A program made the position numbers and the translations under genes. 62,089 bases of DNA from positions 1 to 62,089 of the forward strand of contig CAYQOL010000001.1 in NCBI GenBank assembly GCA_964419165.1, in the 5' to 3' direction. The first letter of the stretch is position 1; every line of letters starts with the position of its first letter. Below the pieces are notes generated by a model, which saw nothing but the letters and a program-made list of their open reading frames with translations, was not told the DNA's origin and searched no databases. This DNA comes from an uncultured Candidatus Saccharimonas sp. GTDB lineage: Bacteria > Patescibacteriota > Saccharimonadia > Saccharimonadales > Saccharimonadaceae. Positions 9,498 to 17,908 of this stretch are shown here, one piece after another.

Positions 9498-10322
9498 CTA
9501 CACAATTACTATCGGTACTTTGATTGCAGGGTGCGATTCATAATCCACCAATTCGAAATCATCAAACTTAAAATCGTCGATGGTTTTTTGATTGCCGTGA
9601 ATCAATAATTTTGGAAACTTCATCGGTTTTCTGATAACCTGCTCGCGCGCCGCTTCAAGTTGATTACCATACAAATGCGCATCACCTATAGATACGACCA
9701 GCTCGCGTGCTTCCAGATTTGTGATTTTTGCAATCATCATCAGCAGTTCGGCGTATTGAGCAACATTGAACGGCAAACCCAGAAAGACATCACTTGACCT
9801 TTGATACAACATCATATATAGCTTGCCTTTAATTACATCTAGCTGAAATAAAGTGTGGCAAGGTGGTAGTCGCATCTCATCTAACTCGCCGGCGTTCCAG
9901 CCCGAAACTAGAATCGCTTTGGAATTCGGGTTGTTTTTGATTTCATCAATAACCCATTGCAGTTGGTCAAACTCCGTTCCGTCGGGTTTTCGCCAATGGC
10001 GCCATTGTACGCCATAAATACGCCCCAAGGTACCTTCTTTAACTGATTTTGCATCTTCGAAACTATCCCAAATATGAACGTCGTTGTCGTTCAGGTACTT
10101 CGGCGTCTGATTGTCTCCCGATATAAACCACAACATTTCATGAGTCAATGCGCGAAAACCGAACATTTTTTTGGTAGTCATCAGGGGAAAGCCATAACGC
10201 AAATCAAATCGTAGCTGAGCCCCAAAAACAGTCTTTAGCGATTCAATGCCGCGACTTTGCTTGGTTTTACCATCTTTTAAAATCCTTGCTAAAAGTTTCA
10301 AATATTGATATTCCGGGTGCAT
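9498..10322 (-). CDS. thyA: thymidylate synthase (ThyA type)
   Basis: Canonical motifs: RLPPCHTLFQ (catalytic Cys), YQRSSDVFLGLPFN and GDAHLY. TAG stop at 9498..9500. Confidence 0.95.
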   Translation of the reverse strand: MHPEYQYLKLLARILKDGKTKQSRGIESLKTVFGAQLRFDLRYGFPLMTTKKMFGFRALTHEMLWFISGDNQTPKYLNDNDVHIWDSFEDAKSVKEGTLGRIYGVQWRHWRKPDGTEFDQLQWVIDEIKNNPNSKAILVSGWNAGELDEMRLPPCHTLFQLDVIKGKLYMMLYQRSSDVFLGLPFNVAQYAELLMMIAKITNLEARELVVSIGDAHLYGNQLEAAREQVIRKPMKFPKLLIHGNQKTIDDFKFDDFELVDYESHPAIKVPIVIV

Positions 10323-10323
10323 T

Positions 10324-11310
10324 TTAGCCCTCCTTAGCTATAATATCGTTTTCAACTATCAAGCGGCGCACGGCCTTGCCAGCTTTTTCGAGCAGCGAAA
10401 CGGCATATCCGTCGGAATGATCTAGCGAATAGACAATTTCAGCAATATCGGTTTCGCATAACATTCTTGCACATGTCGGGCAGGGCAACAGATTGATAAA
10501 CAATGAAGTTCCGACCAAATCAATTTTTTCTTTTTGAGCTTTGATAAGTGCTGTCACTTCGGCATGATTAGTATCGTAGTTATTCAAATCGCCCATAGGT
10601 GACAGATGGCGTTCGCGTGACGCGCCGTTATGCCACGCAAAAGTTTCGAACGGTACGGTAGTATTGTGCGCATACATCATCGGCTGATATCTCGAACCAA
10701 TCCTATTTGCAATTACAACTCCAGTCTGATGTTCGTTGGCGAATGATTTTTTGGCGACTTCGTTTGTTAGTTTCATAATTTCAATCTCACTTAATGGCAC
10801 ACTACGAAGTGAAATTTTGGGCTGGAACTTTACGGCATAAGCCTTGGCCTCGGCTTCGTCTACAAAAGGCGATACTAACTTGAAGGATATGCTATTCGAT
10901 ACTAAAGCGTAATATTCAGGACGCATATGAAAGGAGTGCAACCAAGACCCATTAATAAACAGGGCAAAACGAAATTTAATTTTTTTCAATATCGGCACGA
11001 TATCGGATTGATTGCAGCGAAGGACGGTAATTTTGTGCGGACTGGCTGATGAGTTGACTTTGTCTACGACAGACTGGATATCATTCAACTGCAACGTTTT
11101 AAATTGTGGTTGGTTTTCGAAGCCTTTAATATATTCCTCGTTCGCAATGGCGACGACAAGATTACGTTGTGGTAAATATTCTTTGACAAGCTGCTTAAAG
11201 CGCGAAGCCGACATTTCACGGGATATTGAAAAGAAGGTTGCGTTCAAATCTTTCAGAGGTTTTTTGCTACCAAATGCCAAATCAGACCAATTATATTCGT
11301 ATTTACTCAT
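10324..11310 (-). CDS. deoxycytidylate (dCMP)/cytidine deaminase domain fused to an unrecognised ~190-aa N-terminal domain
   Basis: The C-terminal HAEVTAL...LPCPTCARML is the zinc-binding H(A)E...PCxxC deaminase signature. Start set at ATG 11310 (SD AGGAAA 7 nt upstream) rather than TTG 11340. It overlaps the HIT stop by 8 nt. Confidence 0.75.
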   Translation of the reverse strand: MSKYEYNWSDLAFGSKKPLKDLNATFFSISREMSASRFKQLVKEYLPQRNLVVAIANEEYIKGFENQPQFKTLQLNDIQSVVDKVNSSASPHKITVLRCNQSDIVPILKKIKFRFALFINGSWLHSFHMRPEYYALVSNSISFKLVSPFVDEAEAKAYAVKFQPKISLRSVPLSEIEIMKLTNEVAKKSFANEHQTGVVIANRIGSRYQPMMYAHNTTVPFETFAWHNGASRERHLSPMGDLNNYDTNHAEVTALIKAQKEKIDLVGTSLFINLLPCPTCARMLCETDIAEIVYSLDHSDGYAVSLLEKAGKAVRRLIVENDIIAKEG

Positions 11311-11824
11311 TCTGATATTTCCTAGAAAATCTTTTAGCAAGCTTTTTAATATCTTCTATTTGTTCTTTGTATAGAGTTGCGTTCTCAATCGGGGTATATT
11401 TTAATCTGCGATAGTTCCATACCGAAAAATCAGGAGAGTCAAACGGCATACAATGAAAGTGTAGATGTTCGACTGTACTTTGAGCCTCGACACCGTCTTT
11501 TTGAATAATCTGCATACCTTTTATACCATAAATATCACGGATCATTTTTTTGGCGATGTACATAAATTTTCGCATCGTTTCCCATTCGGCCGTAGTTAAT
11601 TCTTTGACCGAACGAATGTGGCGGCGGGGGATAATCATGCAGTGGCCATCAATATAGGCATAAAGTGCAACCGTCAATACAACCCCGTTTTCTTCGTAAA
11701 CCACATAGTTTTCATTTAAATCACAAAAGACACACTTGCCAACAGATTGCCATATACCATCATATTTGCCAGTAGCTCTGGCATCACGATACATTTCTTG
11801 CTTTTTTTGCTCGGCCTCGTCCAT
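11303..11824 (-). CDS. HIT-family nucleotide hydrolase/transferase
   Basis: Histidine triad HLHFHCMP, plus an N-terminal CVFC zinc-type motif as in GalT/Ap4A-phosphorylase-like HIT proteins. Confidence 0.75.
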   Translation of the reverse strand: MDEAEQKKQEMYRDARATGKYDGIWQSVGKCVFCDLNENYVVYEENGVVLTVALYAYIDGHCMIIPRRHIRSVKELTTAEWETMRKFMYIAKKMIRDIYGIKGMQIIQKDGVEAQSTVEHLHFHCMPFDSPDFSVWNYRRLKYTPIENATLYKEQIEDIKKLAKRFSRKYQNE

Positions 11825-12378
11825 TATTTTTCTTTTAGCGGCTCTTTGCGGTATTGCATAAAATCTTTTAGAATTTCGCTTAAATGTCCGCCGATAGCTC
11901 TTTGTAAGATTTGAGTTGTCGAAATCGATGTTGATTGTCGGTCCACAACGATAACTTCGCCACCGTATTTAGTAACGGTTTTATACTCGCGAGATTCTTT
12001 GTAGTTTTCCGTCCAATCTTCTTTGACGGTTATATAAACATCGGGTTTCAAGAGTCCAAGTGATGGTTGACAGCTCGGTTCAGGCAAAATAGTCACAAAA
12101 TCAACAGACTTTAGATAGGTAAGCATTTCGGCACGAATCTTTTCATCAAGTATCGGCTTGTTCGGGCCTTTTACTTGTTTGATTGAATTATTACTACTGA
12201 CACCCACCACTAATATATCACCGTATTCTTTGGCTCTTTCTAAATAGCGGCACTGGCCAGCATGAATCAGATCCCACGAACCAGCCGTAAAAACGATTTT
12301 TTTATTCTTTTCCCGTAATTGTTCACCAAGTGCCATCAAATCACTCTGCGAAATCAGCCGTTTTTTCCAATTAGACAT
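11824..12378 (-). CDS. cytidylyl/adenylyltransferase-like nucleotidyltransferase (RfaE domain II / TagD-like)
   Basis: FTAGSWDLIHAGQ..YLE.A...GD.L.VGV.S resembles G.FD.LH.GH..YL. The last His of HxGH is Gln here. The TAATG junction overlaps the downstream HIT gene. Confidence 0.7.
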   Translation of the reverse strand: MSNWKKRLISQSDLMALGEQLREKNKKIVFTAGSWDLIHAGQCRYLERAKEYGDILVVGVSSNNSIKQVKGPNKPILDEKIRAEMLTYLKSVDFVTILPEPSCQPSLGLLKPDVYITVKEDWTENYKESREYKTVTKYGGEVIVVDRQSTSISTTQILQRAIGGHLSEILKDFMQYRKEPLKEK

Positions 12379-12404
12379 AGTATATAAACCTCACTCCCAA
12401 TATA

Positions 12405-13364
12405 TTATAAATAGGATATCACACCGCGCTTGACAAGTATATCTCTGGTACGAACGAAGTGCTCGTTGAGATGGAGTGATTCATATGGGTTATGTAACAA
12501 AAACTTATAGAAATCATAAAACAAGAACATTTCAACAAACGTATTTCTATCGAAATCATTTCCAATATCTTTGTTTTTGCCGCGTTTTTGATATCCAGAA
12601 TAAACAAAATATTTATATACTTTGTCATTTGTTTTGTATTTACAGTCAACTAACAAAAAAGCAAGTGTGCGAGCCAAATCAACAACAGTGTCGCCTTTGG
12701 CCGTTTTTTCAAAATCAAGAATACCCGATATCACACCATTCTTGAACAGAATATTACCCCTTACAAAGTCCATATGCAATGGCTGTTGGTTAGGCTTCGA
12801 TGCATATTTGTCAAACAGTTGTTGATATTTTTCAAATGAGTTGGTTACGACTGATAATTTAAGTTTTTGCTTGACAGCCTTTTGAATAGATGGTTTTGAA
12901 AAATACACCTCCATTCGCTCAATTATATGCCCACATTCTTCATAAACGGATGGTAAATTAGTTGTTTGCATTTCAGATAAATGAGCGTGCATATCACTCA
13001 TTGTCTGGCCCAATAGTTTGATATGTGACATCGTGTAAGCTTCCCAGGGTATCGTATCTCCAGAAAGATAATTGTATATACAAATATTCGTTGTTGCAGC
13101 ACCGCTTTTTAAGGTTAGGGTCCTATTGTCAACACGTTTTCGAGTTAGCATCCCTCGGACCGATAGATATTCCGAAACCGCATCCGCCCGGCGAATTCGG
13201 TCGACAATGCCAACTTCCCGTTTGTAAAATGTCACGTTTATCATTCGGTTATCAGATGTCAGTACTGGCCAGATTTCGTTGCGGTAACCTTTTTGACATT
13301 CAAAAATTTTGAGATAGTTTATCTCAAATTTTTCCAAAACTCGCAACAACGCCGATTTGTACAT
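12405..13364 (-). CDS. APH/choline-kinase-family phosphotransferase
   Basis: Brenner-type motif LHMDFVRGNILF followed by GILDFE, the catalytic loop plus DFG-like motif of aminoglycoside/choline/homoserine-type kinases. Confidence 0.65.
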   Translation of the reverse strand: MYKSALLRVLEKFEINYLKIFECQKGYRNEIWPVLTSDNRMINVTFYKREVGIVDRIRRADAVSEYLSVRGMLTRKRVDNRTLTLKSGAATTNICIYNYLSGDTIPWEAYTMSHIKLLGQTMSDMHAHLSEMQTTNLPSVYEECGHIIERMEVYFSKPSIQKAVKQKLKLSVVTNSFEKYQQLFDKYASKPNQQPLHMDFVRGNILFKNGVISGILDFEKTAKGDTVVDLARTLAFLLVDCKYKTNDKVYKYFVYSGYQKRGKNKDIGNDFDRNTFVEMFLFYDFYKFLLHNPYESLHLNEHFVRTRDILVKRGVISYL

Positions 13365-13536
13365 TATTAGTTATAGTTTAGATGGTTGTTTGCCGACAGT
13401 AAAGTTCATAACAACTGTTATCATTGACTTTTGCATATATTTATGGTATCATAGTTGCAGAATAGTATTGTATTTTACAATCTAGGCTCATACGACGTAC
13501 GATTATTTCGTAGCGTTAGTACATAATTAAGGGGAG

Positions 13537-13806
13537 ATGGATGTGCCGATTTTTGACATTGATATCTTAAAGGATTTTTATCGTTACGCTATTGTTATTA
13601 CAACTCCATTTTTCTTAATCGGAGCATTCGGTCCGAAAAAGTGGAGATTTGTATCCTGGGTTATAGCAGGTGTGTTTACAACGGCGACCTTGGTCGACGT
13701 TACTATGACATACATGCTCGATGTAAGTAAAAATAACCTTATATCAATCGTAATTACGTTTGCCATAGCAATAATATGTTTCATTAATGCTACGCTTGAA
13801 GACTAA
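13537..13806 (+). CDS. small membrane protein (89 aa, 3 predicted TM)
   Basis: SD AAGGGGAG before the ATG. Strongly hydrophobic. Followed by the hairpin AGCTCC...GGGAGCT-TTTTT. Confidence 0.4.
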   Translation: MDVPIFDIDILKDFYRYAIVITTPFFLIGAFGPKKWRFVSWVIAGVFTTATLVDVTMTYMLDVSKNNLISIVITFAIAIICFINATLED

Positions 13807-13894
13807 AAGTAGAAATTACACAGAAACATAACAACCCCTTAGCTCCTGGTGAAATTTCACTGGGAGCTTTTTTCTTTCTATAATCGAGCTATGA

Positions 13895-13923
13895 TTGACA
13901 ACAGATGAGTACTTTGGTAGAAT
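13895..13923 (+). promoter_or_regulatory. sigma-70-type promoter for rplJ-rplL
   Basis: TTGACA (13895..13900), 17-nt spacer, then TAGAAT (13918..13923) preceded by TGG (extended -10). Confidence 0.55.
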
Positions 13924-14125
13924 ACTTCGAGACATCACCAAAGACAGTAGCCGTGCTTAGCACTTAATTAGCTACCGAGGATTATGTAAAATCTACATTT
14001 TTCGATAATTAGTCTTTGGCAGTGCGAGATTCAAAGACTTTTTTTGTTTCTTGTTCTGCCGCTTCGCCGTACGGCGAATGTCTGAGTATTAACAATCCGG
14101 TCGGACAATTAATAAACTAAAGGAG
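13924..14125 (+). promoter_or_regulatory. rplJ (L10) leader with attenuator-type hairpin
   Basis: A ~200-nt untranslated leader. AGTCTTTG...CAAAGACT (14011..14039) is followed by T7 (14040..14046), upstream of the SD AAAGGAG. Confidence 0.4.
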
Positions 14126-14132
14126 AATTTTT

Positions 14133-14660
14133 ATGGCAATTACACGCGATAAAAAGAATACTTTGGTTACGGAATTAACTGATTTATTCGCAAGTTCCAA
14201 AGGCTCGGTAGGTGCAGCCTATACAGGCCTCAGCGTCGCCGAGATGCAAGTACTTCGTGCTGAAGCCAGGAACGCAGGTGTTACTATCAAGGTCGTCAAA
14301 AACCGTTTAGTACGCGTTGCACTATCTGGCAACGACAAGTTCAAATCAGCTGACACCAGCCTACTGACAGGTCAGTTGGTCTATGCTTTTTCGTCAGAAG
14401 ACGAAGTCGCTCCAGCCCAAGTTTTGGCAAAATTTGCCAAAAAGCATCCTCAATTGAAACTGGTCGTCGGTTTTGACGATGCCGGCTCGTCACTTGACAC
14501 CGCCACCGTCACGGCTTTGGCCGAACTGCCAACCAAAGATCAATTGCGCGGGCAACTGGTCAGCGTCATCGCTGCACCACTTTCAGGTTTCCTGGGAGTT
14601 GCGAATGGTGCCCAACGCGGTTTTGCGCAAGTATTATCACAACGCGCCGAATCATTATAA
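14133..14660 (+). CDS. rplJ: 50S ribosomal protein L10
   Basis: The length, position upstream of rplL, and the V.EM..LR......G...KVVKN.L pattern all fit L10. Confidence 0.93.
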   Translation: MAITRDKKNTLVTELTDLFASSKGSVGAAYTGLSVAEMQVLRAEARNAGVTIKVVKNRLVRVALSGNDKFKSADTSLLTGQLVYAFSSEDEVAPAQVLAKFAKKHPQLKLVVGFDDAGSSLDTATVTALAELPTKDQLRGQLVSVIAAPLSGFLGVANGAQRGFAQVLSQRAESL

Positions 14661-14711
14661 TTTTGTAACTATTGTAATAACTACTAACTACCAATCACAA
14701 GGAGAACAATC

Positions 14712-15113
14712 ATGGCTGAAAATGAAATCAAGCTATCTGCTGCTCAAAGCAAAATCGTTGATGAACTCAACAAACTGTCGGCTCTCGAATTGAGCCAAAT
14801 CGTGAAACACCTCGAAAACGAGTGGGGAGTCAGCGCTGCTGCCCCTGCCGTAGCCGTTGCTGCTGCGCCAGCTGGCGAAGCTGCTCCTGCCGATGAAGCT
14901 AAGTCTGAATACACCGTCAACCTCAAGGATGCCGGCGCACAAAAAGTAGCCGTTATCAAGGCTGTCAAAGAAATCACCGGACTTGGCCTTGGTGAAGCCA
15001 AAGCAATCGTAGACAGCGTGCCTTCGACCGTCAAAGAAAAGGTCAACAAAGAGGACGCCGAATCTGCCAAAAAAATGCTCGAAGAAGCCGGCGCAACCGT
15101 CGAATTAGTCTAA
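14712..15113 (+). CDS. rplL: 50S ribosomal protein L7/L12
   Basis: Ala/Pro-rich hinge and the C-terminal [38 protein letters not shown]. Confidence 0.95.
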   Translation: MAENEIKLSAAQSKIVDELNKLSALELSQIVKHLENEWGVSAAAPAVAVAAAPAGEAAPADEAKSEYTVNLKDAGAQKVAVIKAVKEITGLGLGEAKAIVDSVPSTVKEKVNKEDAESAKKMLEEAGATVELV

Positions 15114-15144
15114 TTCAAAAAAACAGTCCGATCGGATACTTGAT

Positions 15145-15180
15145 AATGTAGCCCTATTTAAATAGGGCTACATTTTGTTT
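15145..15180 (+). terminator. intrinsic terminator after rplL
   Basis: ATGTAGCCCTA-TTTAAA-TAGGGCTACAT followed by TTTGTTTT. Confidence 0.7.
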
Positions 15181-15320
15181 TAACAAAATCTACAACGCTT
15201 TTCGGTTTATCTCATAAATCTATGTGGAAAAAACGTCTAATTGTTGACAATATTACGATTCGTTGATATATATAGGTTAATATCACCACCAAAAATAGAC
15301 AAAGGAAACTGCGAGTAACT

Positions 15321-15839
15321 ATGTCTGAATTACCAGAAAAACAAGTAAAGCGCCTCCATAGCCTAATTCAAGAGGCTGAAACTAATTTGGCCGCGGCCAA
15401 AGAATTATTAATCAGTATCGTAGGCGAGGGTGGCGCAGCCATAACACCGAAGTCCAGCAATATCGAAGATGTAAAAGGTAAAATCATAGAGGGTGTTTTT
15501 GACGGCCAAAAAATGATAGGGCCTGACGGCAAGGAGTACCCTGTACCGACAAATTACGCTAGCAAGTCAAAACTTATAGAGGGCGACATCCTGAAATTAA
15601 CGATCACTGACGACGGTAGCTTTATATATAAACAAATCGGCCCAGTCGAAAGAAAACAGATTATAGGTACACTGGTTCAACACGACGGAGCCTATTACGT
15701 CGAAGCAAGCGGTCACGAATACCGTATATTACTTGCCAGTGTTACATACTTCAAAATTAACGAAGGCGATCAAGTCACGATTATCGTACCCGTTGACAAT
15801 CCGAACGCCACATGGGCAGCCGTCGAAGCTGCATTATAA
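15321..15839 (+). CDS. hypothetical protein (172 aa)
   Basis: Clean ORF with its own promoter-like TTGACA...TATATA upstream. No recognisable motif. Confidence 0.5.
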   Translation: MSELPEKQVKRLHSLIQEAETNLAAAKELLISIVGEGGAAITPKSSNIEDVKGKIIEGVFDGQKMIGPDGKEYPVPTNYASKSKLIEGDILKLTITDDGSFIYKQIGPVERKQIIGTLVQHDGAYYVEASGHEYRILLASVTYFKINEGDQVTIIVPVDNPNATWAAVEAAL

Positions 15840-16020
15840 ATCTCAATATATTACAATACGTATAACTGCGGATAATGCTGCAGTTATTTAGCATAAGATA
15901 TTTACTTATTTAATAATTTATGTTATTATGCATAAAGGCTGGTGACGATAGTTATCCGTATTTTAAAAACCAGGATTTGTCATTTATCATATCTAAAATT
16001 TATAGAAAGTATGGTGATTA

Positions 16021-16263
16021 GTGGTGTCAGATGCAGAGTTAGATCCTCAAAAACTGAAAAATGAACTGGAAAAAACAATCTTGCTTCTCGGACACGGCAG
16101 TGATGAGGCTGTAAGAATACTTAGAGAGCTTTCAGAAAAAGCTCTCAAAATTAACACAAAGGATTTTGAACTTCATTTGTACATATTAAAGACTATTATT
16201 GCGTGCGCCGTTTCATATAATCGCACACTGCATATTGAAGCCCTGAAAGGTTGCCGATCATAA
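16021..16263 (+). CDS. hypothetical protein (80 aa, GTG start)
   Basis: Helical, charged composition. A terminator follows at 16327..16360. Confidence 0.3.
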   Translation: MVSDAELDPQKLKNELEKTILLLGHGSDEAVRILRELSEKALKINTKDFELHLYILKTIIACAVSYNRTLHIEALKGCRS

Positions 16264-16326
16264 CTAAATAGTACATAGATAATACGATTGTAAAAATTTG
16301 ATTTGATATTTGATCCCTCTGTTTAT

Positions 16327-16360
16327 ACCGTAGCTTCATTAATTGAGCTACGGTTTTTTA
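16327..16360 (+). terminator. intrinsic terminator
   Basis: ACCGTAGCT-N10-AGCTACGGT followed by TTTTTTATTTT. Confidence 0.6.
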
Positions 16361-16512
16361 TTTTCTTTAGAAATTACATTGTCATAATCAAACAAAAGCA
16401 CTATACTAGCTACATCACGAGAGGTGAAAACAAAAATAGGTAAAAAATACGGCAATAAACGCGAACGTTTTTGCGTATAATCGTATTTAGAAATAGGGGA
16501 AGGTGTCAAACA

Positions 16513-17901
16513 ATGTCAAAAGCATTGTATCGTAAGTATCGCAGTAAAAAATTAGAAGAAGTAATCGGACAAAAGCACATAACCGATATTTTGGCGAATG
16601 CGCTTGAAACTGGCAGGATTTCTCATGCATATTTATTTACCGGACCGCGCGGGGTAGGAAAAACGTCGGTAGCACGTATTCTTGCTTATGAAATAAATAA
16701 AATTAAGTATGACGATAAAAGTACTTGCCTTGACATAATTGAAATAGACGCCGCCAGCAACAATAGCGTTGAAGACATAAGGGACCTGAGAGAAAAAGTC
16801 CAAATTGCCCCAGTCGCATCAGTCAAGAAAATATATATTATCGACGAAGTACATATGTTATCCAAATCAGCATTCAACGCGTTGCTAAAAACGCTCGAGG
16901 AACCGCCTGAGCATATCGTATTCATCTTGGCGACGACTAACGTTGAAAAATTACCAGCTACTATCATCAGCCGGACCCAAAGATTCAGTTTCAGGCCGAT
17001 CTGCCCAGACGACACCGTAAAACATTTGGCTCATATTGCAAAAGAAGAAAATATCAAAATATCAGATGATGCACTTAAACTTATAGCCAGACGCAGTGAA
17101 GGTAGTTTTCGTGACAGCATCAGCTTGCTTGATCAATTATCAGGTTTGTTTGATGAAAATGACGGCAATGAGATTACCTCAGAGCTTATTAAGAATATAT
17201 TAGGACTTGCTCCTGATGAAATAATCAACAATATCATCTCTGCCGTCGAAGATAAGAATTTAAGTGTAATCGTAGAGTTATTAAATAAGACTTATAATGA
17301 AGGTGTCGACAGTCAAATTCTTGCCAGACAACTTACAGAAAAAATCAGCGATTTAATTACATCCAAACCTCATTTATTACCACTTATCGATTCACTGATT
17401 GAAGTCGAAAAATGCCATCAACCGCAACTGAAACTATTAAGCGTGCTTGGAATGAGCGCGATTTCAAAACAACCTGTCAAATCAATCGCATTATCCGCGC
17501 CCGTACACGAAATCAGCGCGTCGGTAGCAGAACTAAAAGAAGAGATTTCAAAACAAGATACTAACAACGTAGCTGATATCGATAATGACCGCCAATTTGA
17601 CTGGAACAAATTAATCGACGCGATTAAAAACGAAAATGTTGCGCTATATAGCGTGCTTACGAAGTGTAATTATGATATCGACGGCAAAGATTTGACGATT
17701 TATGCCGGTAACAAATTCTATAAAAAGAAACTGGACGACACTAAGTATCGTTCAGCCCTGAATAGCTGTTTAGAGAAAGTCGGTATTTATGAACTGGATA
17801 TTCACACCGTTCCCACTACTCCTCCTTTAAGGGATAGCCAAGCAGCCGCAATTGCTGTTATTATGGGTGGAGGAGAAGAAGTGTCCGTCGAGACAATGTG
17901 A
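16513..17901 (+). CDS. dnaX: DNA polymerase III subunit gamma/tau
   Basis: LYRKYRS..L.EV.GQ.H, Walker A GPRGVGKTS, DEVHMLS and SRTQRF. Start at ATG 16513, after SD GGGGAAGG. Confidence 0.9.
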   Translation: MSKALYRKYRSKKLEEVIGQKHITDILANALETGRISHAYLFTGPRGVGKTSVARILAYEINKIKYDDKSTCLDIIEIDAASNNSVEDIRDLREKVQIAPVASVKKIYIIDEVHMLSKSAFNALLKTLEEPPEHIVFILATTNVEKLPATIISRTQRFSFRPICPDDTVKHLAHIAKEENIKISDDALKLIARRSEGSFRDSISLLDQLSGLFDENDGNEITSELIKNILGLAPDEIINNIISAVEDKNLSVIVELLNKTYNEGVDSQILARQLTEKISDLITSKPHLLPLIDSLIEVEKCHQPQLKLLSVLGMSAISKQPVKSIALSAPVHEISASVAELKEEISKQDTNNVADIDNDRQFDWNKLIDAIKNENVALYSVLTKCNYDIDGKDLTIYAGNKFYKKKLDDTKYRSALNSCLEKVGIYELDIHTVPTTPPLRDSQAAAIAVIMGGGEEVSVETM

Positions 17902-17908
17902 GGATAAG

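Noticed and set aside
9498-10322. ThyA homolog acting as a phage-like dCMP/dUMP hydroxymethylase in a DNA hypermodification pathway
   Set aside because: All canonical ThyA active-site motifs are present (LPPCH, YQRSSD.FLG.PFN, GDAHLY). folA is nearby, and no phage genes or glucosyl/aminocarboxypropyl-transfer modules typical of hypermodification clusters are recognisable.
10324-11340. TTG start at 11340 for the deaminase fusion
   Set aside because: ATG 11310 has an AGGAAA SD at 7-nt spacing and gives a typical 8-nt overlap with the upstream HIT gene. The TTG start would overlap HIT by 38 nt and has no SD.
16264-16512. SRP RNA (ffs) expected upstream of dnaX, as in many Gram-positive genomes
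   Set aside because: The spacer is AT-rich. It contains only a terminator hairpin and a promoter, with no GC-rich hairpin or SRP motifs.
16513-17901. Programmed -1 frameshift site in dnaX (gamma/tau), as in E. coli
   Set aside because: There is no A-AAA-AAG-type slippery heptamer with a downstream hairpin in the appropriate region. The AUAAAAAGAAA at ~17716 is near the 3' end and lacks a stimulatory structure.
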